A stretch of 64,000 bases of DNA, from IMG/VR virus record IMGVR_UViG_3300033153_013547, positions 197,125 through 261,124 of that record; one strand, given 5' to 3'. The translations under genes were made by a program, and so were the position numbers. The notes beneath the pieces were generated by a model. That model made no database searches, was not told where the DNA came from, and was given only the letters and a program-made list of their open reading frames with translations. How positions within the stretch are numbered: position 1 is the first letter of the stretch; each line of letters begins with the position of its first letter. Of the stretch, positions 37,458 through 46,260 are shown piece after piece.

Positions 37458-38417
37458 CTAAAACCCCAACAGTTCCTTGACTTCCTTCAGACTAAATTCA
37501 TCAGGATCCATACCATATGGGGTGTCAATAATAGTGGTTACACCCCTATATCCTACACTATTCATCATAGTCAAAAACCTTGTTGCCATATCATCTCCGC
37601 CTTCATCTCCATCTCTAAAGCACAAGATATGATCAAATGAAGATAAGAGCTGAGCTTGTATAAAACTTATTGACTTACCCATGGAAGCTACTGCCTGAAT
37701 TCCATATTCAAACATTTTCATAACCTTGAACTCACCTTCCACAAGCACAATATATGATGAATCATCTATGTTGCTGTAATTGAATAATATTCTTGACTTA
37801 CTGACACCAGAGGGAACTGTCACATATTTACTGTGTGCTTTACCTGATATATCTCTCAACTTAAACATAACAGGATCACCCACACAATTAAATACAGGAA
37901 TAACAACCCTATCACGAAAGATGCCATAAGGCTTGCCCATAGCTATCTGAAAAAACTTGAGAGTATATGGATTGAAATCTCTATATGTATTGATAGACAT
38001 ACAATGCTCTCTATATGCCACTCTTAGATCATGCACTATCTGAGGATTTGCTGTAAATTCTTCTCCATCTCCAAAACCAACTAAAGGATGTTGTTGAGAA
38101 TGATATTTATTAGGAATCTTTCTACCCAAAAGTCCTTCAAGTTTTTTCTTTGCAGCAGCAATGTCACAATGTTCTACAAGTGATATGAGCTGGGCAATAC
38201 TACCCCCTGCTTGACATTTTGTGTGACATATGTACACAAGCTTCTGGTAATTTACATTGAGAGCTTGTGGATTGGTTCCTCCATGGATTGGGCAAGAGGA
38301 GTAAATTTCATGCCTTGCTGGATTGACTCTTACATTTATAGCTCCATATCCACTGAGTAACTCTACAATAACATCACAGCTTGATCTACTCTCATTACTG
38401 GATGTTTTGTTGCTCAT
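37458..38417 (-). CDS. dnaG: DnaG-type DNA primase (Zn finger + TOPRIM)
   Basis: CPIH...CHTKC zinc finger, RVVIPV, LVEGE, CFRDGDEGG, DPDE. Confidence 0.9.
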   Translation of the reverse strand: MSNKTSSNESRSSCDVIVELLSGYGAINVRVNPARHEIYSSCPIHGGTNPQALNVNYQKLVYICHTKCQAGGSIAQLISLVEHCDIAAAKKKLEGLLGRKIPNKYHSQQHPLVGFGDGEEFTANPQIVHDLRVAYREHCMSINTYRDFNPYTLKFFQIAMGKPYGIFRDRVVIPVFNCVGDPVMFKLRDISGKAHSKYVTVPSGVSKSRILFNYSNIDDSSYIVLVEGEFKVMKMFEYGIQAVASMGKSISFIQAQLLSSFDHILCFRDGDEGGDDMATRFLTMMNSVGYRGVTTIIDTPYGMDPDEFSLKEVKELLGF

Positions 38418-38430
38418 ATTTTGCTCATCA

Positions 38431-39438
38431 CTACATCTCAAAACAGGATGTGGCTTGTTTCCCTGACTCAATAGCAGAATAAATTGTTTTATATTTTTCT
38501 ATACACTTATTATAGCCAAAATTGTTAATCACATGATCAAAGATTTTGCTATAATTCATAGCAGTTGTCATACATTTCTTATACGACAATCCTGCTTGCT
38601 CAATCAATGATAGAATATTAGCATCAGGATTCTTCCGATTCTTACGCATGATAGCATCAGCTATGTACATAGAAGATATTTCTGTTACAGCATCACCCAA
38701 TGTACGCATTTCACTGGTACTTATATTGGGTGGATTGAAGTCACTATTGTACAGTAACTCCCAACTATTAGGAATTACTGGTGCAACTTTACCAGTACTA
38801 TAGTTGGGTATCAAAACAGGCACCTTAGAAGCCAAACATGCTAAAACTTTGATACCTGATGTTATAACACAAGCACTTTTCTTTGCTACAAGATTGATTA
38901 GTGGCACAATAGGTGCTATCTTTAGTATTTCTGGAGGCATCTTCTCTTTGATCACAAGTTGATTCATCTCATCAACTCTATCAAAAGGTACCATCAATAT
39001 CATTGACATATTCATGCTCAGAAAAAATCTGACTGTTGATAGAGCAAGCCTACAGGCAGCAAGAGGGTTTTGGTGTTCTATCATTACTACCGTGCCACAA
39101 TAGGACCTTTTTTCTGTTATAACACAAGGAGGAGCTCTAGGTATTCCATACTTTCTGGATAAAACCAGTGAGTGACATATTGTATTTTCAGGATGTAAAT
39201 TCAGTGCTTGCTTGCATTCTTTGTCTGAATACACACTCCAAAGTACTTTATGATCCTTGAGAATATCTTTATCAAAAAGATATCCATGATAGTGCAAAAC
39301 ACCTGATCCATGCTCTGAAAAATTGTCTAAATGAACCAATTCTGACATATTGCCATTAGTCAATTGCAGAGCATGGAATACTGAATCCTCAGTTGAATAG
39401 ACATCCTGTTTATTCAATACTTGTAAAACTTTACTCAT
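38431..39438 (-). CDS. hypothetical protein, possible GT-B-fold glycosyltransferase-like
   Basis: KKSACVITSGIKVLACLASKVPVLIP loosely resembles the GT-B C-terminal Rossmann motif. Confidence 0.3.
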   Translation of the reverse strand: MSKVLQVLNKQDVYSTEDSVFHALQLTNGNMSELVHLDNFSEHGSGVLHYHGYLFDKDILKDHKVLWSVYSDKECKQALNLHPENTICHSLVLSRKYGIPRAPPCVITEKRSYCGTVVMIEHQNPLAACRLALSTVRFFLSMNMSMILMVPFDRVDEMNQLVIKEKMPPEILKIAPIVPLINLVAKKSACVITSGIKVLACLASKVPVLIPNYSTGKVAPVIPNSWELLYNSDFNPPNISTSEMRTLGDAVTEISSMYIADAIMRKNRKNPDANILSLIEQAGLSYKKCMTTAMNYSKIFDHVINNFGYNKCIEKYKTIYSAIESGKQATSCFEM

Positions 39439-39883
39439 CGACCTGCAAGCCTAAGTCCTTATCAAGTTGTGCCATTGATCTCTTATATGCTGCTTCTGTA
39501 TATGAAGATGACCACCCATAGCGTGCTCCAAATCTCATCAGAAAACTGGCAGCTCTTTTCATGGCAGTAATCCTCTGAGTTGGTGCCATAGTTACATCAA
39601 CCTGCATGGCATCAATGATTACCATAGCCACATGCAATGGATCATCTTTGCCAAAGATCTCTTCGTCCCTTTCTCTTATACGTTGTTCTATTTCTGCTAA
39701 CTGCTTGTAAGTGATCTGATCACCTGGCTTGATGTGTGGCTTGATATGTGGAGGAATAAGTTCCTCTGGAACCATATCATTTTCACTAGGCTTGGCATCT
39801 ACTTCCTCAGCAGGCTGTTCCCTTTTGTCCTCTACCACAACTTCTTCAATTACTGCCTCTTCAATCAATTTTTCATCACTCAT
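39431..39883 (-). CDS. hypothetical protein
   Basis: Acidic N-terminus; coupled ORF. Confidence 0.55.
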   Translation of the reverse strand: MSDEKLIEEAVIEEVVVEDKREQPAEEVDAKPSENDMVPEELIPPHIKPHIKPGDQITYKQLAEIEQRIRERDEEIFGKDDPLHVAMVIIDAMQVDVTMAPTQRITAMKRAASFLMRFGARYGWSSSYTEAAYKRSMAQLDKDLGLQVDE

Positions 39884-39924
39884 ACGTTCAAATACCTCCG
39901 TCTATTTATCAAACAATATCATAG

Positions 39925-40176
39925 TTAATGTTGCAATGTAGCAATAACACTCACTATATGATCGAATTTTACATAATAATATCGATCAATAACCGTAGGT
40001 TTGGTGACATCAAACATCGATCCACAGATATCTCTTCTGTCTTTCATTTGATGAACCAATTCTTCTACTTCATGAGAAGATATGTTCTCTAAATCTATTA
40101 CATGTAACTCCCCATGAATTTCCACTTTTATTTCAACATCATAGAAATCATCATCTCTAAAATTCAGTTCTTTCAT
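39925..40176 (-). CDS. hypothetical protein
   Basis: Coupled to DnaE part 3 stop. Confidence 0.55.
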   Translation of the reverse strand: MKELNFRDDDFYDVEIKVEIHGELHVIDLENISSHEVEELVHQMKDRRDICGSMFDVTKPTVIDRYYYVKFDHIVSVIATLQH

Positions 40177-41294
40177 GATGGTTCTTTTACCTCCAACTGT
40201 TCCAACTCAAACACTTTCTTAATTACTATTGTGCCTCTATTACTTACCTTTCCCTCAATACACACAGGATTATTATTAACCAGTAATCCCAGTGAGGCAA
40301 TATCTTTCTCATCATCTTCATCATAAAAATATATGCATGGTAGATGAGTTATCCCGTCAGAAATTTCAAACACAAGGTAAGGGGTTCCTTTTCTGCTAAT
40401 AAATGATCTTCTTGAAGAAACAAGACCAACATACTGCCCCTGAACCTTGCCTATTTGTCTTGATTCCGTAGGATTATGAGCTCCTGCAGGTATATTATAA
40501 GCATCTAAAATGCCACCAGAAATATACACTCCCAAGATCTCAAACTCCATGGAACTTAATTCAGCCTTACTAAACTCCCCTATGATTACAAGTTCATCTA
40601 TATCTAGATCAAGAGGTAATGGCTCACGTGATTCTGCCTTTTTATTCTTTAGCCTTGCTTTATTCTTAGCATTCCATTCATGTATTTTTCTATAAGCATA
40701 TAAGAGAGCTTTACGTGTCAGCACAACATCACTATTATCTAACAGAGGTATACCATCAAACGCACCTATTTTGATTAGATTAATCATTCCATCTTTACGT
40801 GCTGTGCCCCTAACTACAATATCCTGCACAGATTTATATGGTCCATTGTCTTCTCTGTTTTTTACAATGACACTGGCTGAATTTAGCCCCACCTTCCTTA
40901 CAGAAGTCAGCCCAAACATAATATGTCTAACTTTGTCATCGTCTTCATATGGTGTAAACATAGTACCAGAAATGTTGATCCTTGGTGGTGAGAGCTTTAT
41001 TTTCAATTGTTTACACTCCTTCATGAAATCCCTAAGAGTATTCTCAAGATCATCTCCACTTTTAGACTCAATAGCATCAATCATAGATGCAGCAATAAAA
41101 ATATGTGGCCAGTATGTTTTTACATAGGCAGTATGATAGGTCAAGATAGCATAAGATACTGAATGACTGTTCTGACTAACCAAAAATTGTTTAGCCCTTT
41201 CATCTGTTACTAGATAATTGTGAGGAGGACCATCAAGTGAAAGACTTATAAAGGCTTTTTTATTCATACCTTGTTCCCATCCATCTACAGACAA
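40173..41294 (-). CDS. dnaE: DNA polymerase III alpha part 3: C-intein (33-42 aa) + C-terminal fingers/HhH/OB domains
   Basis: ...PPHNYLV...LVSQN|SHSVSYA...AYVKTYWP, FGLTSVRKVG, LIKIGAFD, EFEILGVYISG; start TTG 41294 or ATG 41267. Confidence 0.9.
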   Translation of the reverse strand: MSVDGWEQGMNKKAFISLSLDGPPHNYLVTDERAKQFLVSQNSHSVSYAILTYHTAYVKTYWPHIFIAASMIDAIESKSGDDLENTLRDFMKECKQLKIKLSPPRINISGTMFTPYEDDDKVRHIMFGLTSVRKVGLNSASVIVKNREDNGPYKSVQDIVVRGTARKDGMINLIKIGAFDGIPLLDNSDVVLTRKALLYAYRKIHEWNAKNKARLKNKKAESREPLPLDLDIDELVIIGEFSKAELSSMEFEILGVYISGGILDAYNIPAGAHNPTESRQIGKVQGQYVGLVSSRRSFISRKGTPYLVFEISDGITHLPCIYFYDEDDEKDIASLGLLVNNNPVCIEGKVSNRGTIVIKKVFELEQLEVKEPS

Positions 41295-41748
41295 TTAATC
41301 CAGAATTGATCTTTTCATAATTCACACAAATATCCAAAAACTGATCAACAGTAGCAATAGCACTATCAGTTCCTGCTGTTTTTAGTGCTCTTGCAAATAT
41401 TTGCCTATTTTTATCCTGATCTATTACACCACGAATATTCTCCATTACATTCCACTTTTGAGCCATTTGTCTAATACAAGTCCAGTGAGTCATCAATATA
41501 GGATCCTTGTTGATATTACGTCCATATCCACGAATTGTGGGTAGTTCAGAGGCACCAGCCTGCTTAAATACTTTTGACATACTACGTATTATGCTTGATC
41601 CCTTACAATAAAAATAATCAGTTCCTGGTAACTCATCACGTTTAACTACAATAGCTGTTGTTGATCTCATCCTTGTATCTTTAGGTAATTTGATCAAATA
41701 GTAATTATTACCACATATACTAACTTTGCCAATTATATTGTTATCCAT
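41260..41748 (-). CDS. unknown 162-aa protein between the split-intein halves
   Basis: ATG overlaps the N-intein stop (ATGGATAA); its own stop overlaps the in-frame ATG of the C-intein gene (ATGAATAA). Confidence 0.7.
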   Translation of the reverse strand: MDNNIIGKVSICGNNYYLIKLPKDTRMRSTTAIVVKRDELPGTDYFYCKGSSIIRSMSKVFKQAGASELPTIRGYGRNINKDPILMTHWTCIRQMAQKWNVMENIRGVIDQDKNRQIFARALKTAGTDSAIATVDQFLDICVNYEKINSGLIVCRWMGTRYE

Positions 41749-43417
41749 CAATTAATAGTCCTTTATTATCTATTACAACTAGACAATTACACTCATTTGG
41801 CATTTTATACCCATCTTCATTGAGGAAGTAATGATCTCTTGTGCATTCTATTTCAACATTTTCATTGCCTACTTTAACTATTGGTTCATCAAAAGCAAAA
41901 GTTACTGCTCTCACAGTATTAGTTATTATTCCACCATTGCCCACATAAGAATAAATAGTATCTCCAAAGTTCAACTGATCTATTCTTACAAGACCACTTG
42001 GTGTCAAAACCAAAGTATCTTCACTCAGACACTTATTGAAACCATAATTTCCAAAACCTTCTATCTGTTCCCATAGTTTGGTAGCTTCTTCTAACGTCCA
42101 GCCTGAATGACGGACACAACCATCAATAAATTTTGGCTTAGCCTGAGCAAGCTTAGAGGACAACTTTTTACCAACAATTCTTCTTAGGTTATCCCCCTCA
42201 TTAGGACTAAACCCAGCAATTTTCTGAGCTATTTCTATAATACTTTCTTGGTATATGATAAGACTAGAAGTTTTTTCCAATATAGGTTTCAGATCATCAT
42301 GCAAATATTCTGGCTTTGTCCTTCCATGCCTAAGAGAAAGGTATTTTTCTTCAAATCCTGCTGACATAGGTCCAGGTCTGTGTAGAGCTATAACATCTGA
42401 AATATCTTCTATGCTAGTAGGCATACATTTCTGCATAGTTTTCCTGATCCCCACAGATTTCATTTGAAATAACCCAGCATACAAGCCTTTTTGCATAAAT
42501 TCAAAAACCTTAGGATCATTCATGGGAATATCATCAATAGTCATACTATTTTCAATGTATCCCATGCTATGAGCCATATTCAAAGTGTTTTGTATAACTG
42601 ACAATGTGCCAAGACCTAAAAAATCTATTTTACATAAGCCTGCTAACCCTGCAGACTTCATATCTAGTTGCACAACATTGTTACCACTAGCATCTACATA
42701 CATAGGCACAATTGACTGCAATGGCTCATTAGATATTATGATCCCAGCAGCATGCAATCCAGTCTGTCTATAATTTTGCCTGAGGGAATTAAATATAGCA
42801 ATAAATTCATCTATGTCCTCAAGACAATTTTCACCCAAAGTCTGCTTGCTTACCTCAACAATTTTAGCAACATACTGCCTTAGTTCTTCATGAATAAATA
42901 TTTCATCAGTCCCTATCCAGTCTCCAGTGCTCATATCTACATTAGTAGCAGGCAAATACATTTTAGATATCAAGCCAACAGATGCTTCTTCACTGCTTCC
43001 ACATATACATCTAACTATGTCTCTAAAAGCAGACTTAGGTTTGTATTCTGCATAAGTGCCTATGCTGGCAAAATATTTGTTACCATATTTACTTCTGACA
43101 GCATCTTTCACTCTGTCTCTACCATACTTGTCAAAATCTATGTCAAAATCTGGTTGCTCTCTTTTGACAACAAGACCAAACTCTCCATCAGGTTTTTTGC
43201 TTGTGATCCCAAGAGCATATGCTAACAATGAATTAGTCTTGTTCTTGTTGCCTGCTCCACAATCACAAGCCTTATTGATCATATAAATCATATGATCATC
43301 AACATGATAGAATTCATATAAATCAAGTTCGTTAGAGATCCTGTCCATCTCTTCTTTACTAAACTTTTTCTCCCATCGTTCAGTCTGCTGGTGACAAAAA
43401 TCCCTTAGTTGGCTCAT
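41741..43417 (-). CDS. dnaE: DNA polymerase III alpha part 2: catalytic palm/thumb/fingers + 96-aa N-intein
   Basis: PDFDIDF, HAAGIIIS, KIDFLGL, ALHRPGP, IIYQE, YGFNK|CLSEDTLVLTPSG...IECTRDH. Confidence 0.92.
   Translation of the reverse strand: MSQLRDFCHQQTERWEKKFSKEEMDRISNELDLYEFYHVDDHMIYMINKACDCGAGNKNKTNSLLAYALGITSKKPDGEFGLVVKREQPDFDIDFDKYGRDRVKDAVRSKYGNKYFASIGTYAEYKPKSAFRDIVRCICGSSEEASVGLISKMYLPATNVDMSTGDWIGTDEIFIHEELRQYVAKIVEVSKQTLGENCLEDIDEFIAIFNSLRQNYRQTGLHAAGIIISNEPLQSIVPMYVDASGNNVVQLDMKSAGLAGLCKIDFLGLGTLSVIQNTLNMAHSMGYIENSMTIDDIPMNDPKVFEFMQKGLYAGLFQMKSVGIRKTMQKCMPTSIEDISDVIALHRPGPMSAGFEEKYLSLRHGRTKPEYLHDDLKPILEKTSSLIIYQESIIEIAQKIAGFSPNEGDNLRRIVGKKLSSKLAQAKPKFIDGCVRHSGWTLEEATKLWEQIEGFGNYGFNKCLSEDTLVLTPSGLVRIDQLNFGDTIYSYVGNGGIITNTVRAVTFAFDEPIVKVGNENVEIECTRDHYFLNEDGYKMPNECNCLVVIDNKGLLIDG
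41744..42031 (-). mobile_element. N-terminal half of a naturally split intein
   Basis: Cys1 after FNK; block A CLSEDTLV; block B TxxH (TRDH); ORF ends after 96 aa. Confidence 0.88.
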
Positions 43418-43460
43418 ATCCTCTCCACTATATTTCTTTTGTCTCAGTAGCTTCTTTGTC

Positions 43461-43580
43461 TAATGGTTCTCTCATTCAGTCTGCTTCTTTGTCAAACAAC
43501 TGGGGCATCATGGATTCTAACATATCTGTTACATCATCTAACCTTTCCTTTAGTATATCAATCTTTTCTTCCAGTGCTTC
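43461..43580. repeat. degenerate ~120-bp direct repeat (other copy ~44441-44560)
   Basis: Encodes ILK(E/D)(R/K)L(D/E)D..DMLES.MP.L.DKEAD in both genes. Confidence 0.8.
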
Positions 43581-43793
43581 AAGCTTCTGACTCATGTCTT
43601 CTGTATAGATCACATGGGTTGGAGCAGGAGGATAACCACCATCAGGATAAGGTAAGGGAGTACCAATAAATGAGTCAGGAATTAGTGGATCCTGCTTCCA
43701 TGTATAATCAGTTGTTCCACTATCTGTGATTTCTATCCAATTGTGATCATTGGTGCGGTAAATTCCATGCATACTATTATCATCACTAAACAT
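43476..43793 (-). CDS. hypothetical protein with coiled-coil C-terminus, paralog of 44415-44786
   Basis: Shared C-terminal ~40 aa. Confidence 0.65.
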   Translation of the reverse strand: MFSDDNSMHGIYRTNDHNWIEITDSGTTDYTWKQDPLIPDSFIGTPLPYPDGGYPPAPTHVIYTEDMSQKLEALEEKIDILKERLDDVTDMLESMMPQLFDKEAD

Positions 43794-43801
43794 TTACACT
43801 C

Positions 43802-44440
43802 TCACTTCCTTTGGTAATTGTGCGCCAATAATTGTATATCATCACTATGACGCAAACCTACTTTCTCTAACCTCTCTGCCTCGCGTTTTATTACATACAA
43901 ACACAATGACGGCTTAGCAAGTAACATTCGCTTTGTTGCAGTAAAGGCATAATCATTACAATAACCATAATAACCACCCTTACACAAATTATCTAATTTG
44001 TGGGCATAACGTTTGCCTGCAGAGGTAAGATCTAGTCTATAGGTGAATTTTTCATTCCACTCTAACATTTGAAAGGGAAATTCTGCCACATAATGACTTT
44101 CTATGTATGCCCTATATGGATCAAGTAAATAAGCATGTCGACCTGCATTTATTCTGGTAGTCTTGATCATCCCAAATGCCACTAAATAATTTATTGCTTC
44201 AAATAGTTGCTTACTACATGCACCATACTTTGTCATAATAAAATCATTTTTCAGATTTATTTTATTATGCCTATGTCCTAGTATACCTATACCAGGATGC
44301 ATGTAAAGACACAGATAAGTCATGTCATCAAGACCCAGCACAGGTTTACTATTGTTATAAAACAGTATTCTAACAACATAATCACGTATACCAAGGTCTA
44401 GAGGTTGCCATGTATTACCATTCATGAGCACTATCCTCAT
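43802..44440 (-). CDS. winged-helix protein, possibly DUF4065/SocA (Panacea)-like
   Basis: DFIMTKYGACSKQLFEAINYLVAFGMI...LTSAGKRYA resembles the F...YGP.S..L...L...G.I / LT..G pattern. Confidence 0.35.
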   Translation of the reverse strand: MRIVLMNGNTWQPLDLGIRDYVVRILFYNNSKPVLGLDDMTYLCLYMHPGIGILGHRHNKINLKNDFIMTKYGACSKQLFEAINYLVAFGMIKTTRINAGRHAYLLDPYRAYIESHYVAEFPFQMLEWNEKFTYRLDLTSAGKRYAHKLDNLCKGGYYGYCNDYAFTATKRMLLAKPSLCLYVIKREAERLEKVGLRHSDDIQLLAHNYQRK

Positions 44441-44786
44441 CTAACGATTTTCTCATCCAATCTGCTTCCTTATCAGACAATTTTGGCATCGCAGATTCTA
44501 GCATATCTATTATGTCTTCTAACTTATCTTTTAGTATGCCAATATCTTCTTGCAATTTATCAATCTTTTCTGCCATGGATAGAGGCATAGCATATGATAA
44601 CATGTTGGACATCATTGCCTGTGTATCTATTGCAACATCATTGTTGGGATCATTAAGAACACGTAAATCATCAATATGATAATCACCCTGCACTCTATTT
44701 ACGTCTGCTACCAATCTTGCTCTTGCTGGCTCTGACAACGATGACCAATCAAAAGATTGCAGAATTTCACCATCGTAATATACCAC
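44415..44786 (-). CDS. hypothetical protein with coiled-coil C-terminus, paralog of 43476-43793
   Basis: Shared C-terminal ~40 aa. Confidence 0.65.
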   Translation of the reverse strand: MVYYDGEILQSFDWSSLSEPARARLVADVNRVQGDYHIDDLRVLNDPNNDVAIDTQAMMSNMLSYAMPLSMAEKIDKLQEDIGILKDKLEDIIDMLESAMPKLSDKEADWMRKSLDEDSAHEW

Positions 44787-46018
44787 TATTCTTCACCTAT
44801 TCCAAAATCATCATAGCACACAGTAGATCTACCATAATTCAAAAACCTGCTAAACATCAGCCCATACTTTATTGGATCAACACTAGTTATACCAAGTGAG
44901 TATGCTGCAATTGATCCTGCTCCAGAACCTCTGCCTGCACCCACACCAACATTCAGCGTCCTTGCAGTATCTACTATATCAGACACTAAAAGAAAATAAT
45001 CTACATAGCCCATCTTGTCAATAATGAACAATTCATGATCTAATCTATCAGTAATTTCTTTAGACAAATTCTGGCTATAGAGTTGTCTGGCTCCATCATA
45101 GCATTTGTCTCTAAGAATTTTTGTCTTATATGCATATGAAAGTGTCTTGTCTCTGATCCTAAATTCAGGCATATATGATTTGCCAAGAGCAAGTTTAAAC
45201 TCTACCTTATCTACTATTTCCATTGTATTCTGACAAAGAGGGATTGCATCTATGCCCACACTATTATATCTTTCTATAATTTCATCATATGAATGAAGAT
45301 AATAAGAATGAGTGCCTGAGAATGGTTTAATACCTATTTTGTTAGATGAAGAAAACCTTACTGCCTGCAAGAAGCCATGAGCCTTCCAGTCAGAAGCATT
45401 TAGATAATGGGCATCTGTGGCACAAATAGTTTTGATGCCCATCTCATTCAGAAATACTTCTGCCACAACCTTTTCTTCTGGAATATCATGTGCATGAACT
45501 TCAAGATAAAAATCTTCCTTGAAGGCTTCTACAAACCTATCAAGCAGGGTTTTATACACATCCATATGTCCTGATGTAATAAGCCTTTGCAGACTTCCAG
45601 ATATACAACTTGCTGTTGCTATGAGACCTTCAGAATTCTGCAAAACGCTGTCCATGGGAAAAATCGTTCGGCTGATATTGTCTCTACCCACTCTCGTTTT
45701 AGAAGCACCCAAAAGCTTGAGAAGATTATGCCAGCCTGCTTCGGTCTTTGCTATCAGAACCAGATGTGACTTAGGATATTCTATGCCAAAATCAGAGTTG
45801 ATATACTTTACATAAGCTTCTATTGCTATAATAGGTTTAATACCATAATTCTCACATTCAATAGTTTGCTCAACACAAGCACCCAATGAGCCATGATCAC
45901 TTATGGAGACTGCTTTTTGTCCTAGTTCTATAGATCTTTTAATAATATCTTTGGGTCTTCCAAGGGCATCAAGAACAGAATAAGAACTATGAATATGAAG
46001 ATCACAGAATTCACTCAC
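44786..46018 (-). CDS. dnaE: DNA polymerase III alpha part 1: PHP domain + start of palm
   Basis: LHIHSSYSVLDA, SDHG, HLVLIAK, ATDAHYL, GYVDYFL, GRGSGAGS, ITSVDP, FSRFLNYGR, then stop. Confidence 0.92.
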   Translation of the reverse strand: MSEFCDLHIHSSYSVLDALGRPKDIIKRSIELGQKAVSISDHGSLGACVEQTIECENYGIKPIIAIEAYVKYINSDFGIEYPKSHLVLIAKTEAGWHNLLKLLGASKTRVGRDNISRTIFPMDSVLQNSEGLIATASCISGSLQRLITSGHMDVYKTLLDRFVEAFKEDFYLEVHAHDIPEEKVVAEVFLNEMGIKTICATDAHYLNASDWKAHGFLQAVRFSSSNKIGIKPFSGTHSYYLHSYDEIIERYNSVGIDAIPLCQNTMEIVDKVEFKLALGKSYMPEFRIRDKTLSYAYKTKILRDKCYDGARQLYSQNLSKEITDRLDHELFIIDKMGYVDYFLLVSDIVDTARTLNVGVGAGRGSGAGSIAAYSLGITSVDPIKYGLMFSRFLNYGRSTVCYDDFGIGEE

Positions 46019-46260
46019 TATCTATCTCCCTTCAGGCTTTTCTCATTTTTATGCAATTGCATTTGTATTTTCTTGATACAATCTCGTAGAGAGTCTATAG
46101 AAAGCATGGCAAGTGCTATTTCATGTGTCTCCTCATCCAATATATGCTTATTTGATATAAATTCTAACACATTAGCCTCAAGCCATTCTAAATTAAGAAG
46201 ACAGACATCTCCTTTATCTACTACAGACTGAGCACTTTCTGGTGCTTTTATTACATTCAT
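46018..46260 (-). CDS. hypothetical protein
   Basis: Coupled ORF. Confidence 0.5.
   Translation of the reverse strand: MNVIKAPESAQSVVDKGDVCLLNLEWLEANVLEFISNKHILDEETHEIALAMLSIDSLRDCIKKIQMQLHKNEKSLKGDR

Noticed and set aside
41260-41751. LAGLIDADG endonuclease call for the intervening ORF
   Set aside because: Only a faint resemblance (IFARALKTAGTDS); the acidic catalytic residue pattern is missing, so it was left as unknown.
43418-44785. Group I/II intron joining DnaE parts 1 and 2
   Set aside because: The gap is filled by three coupled ORFs with no intron core seen, and part 2 has its own RBS/ATG and a duplicated N-terminus.
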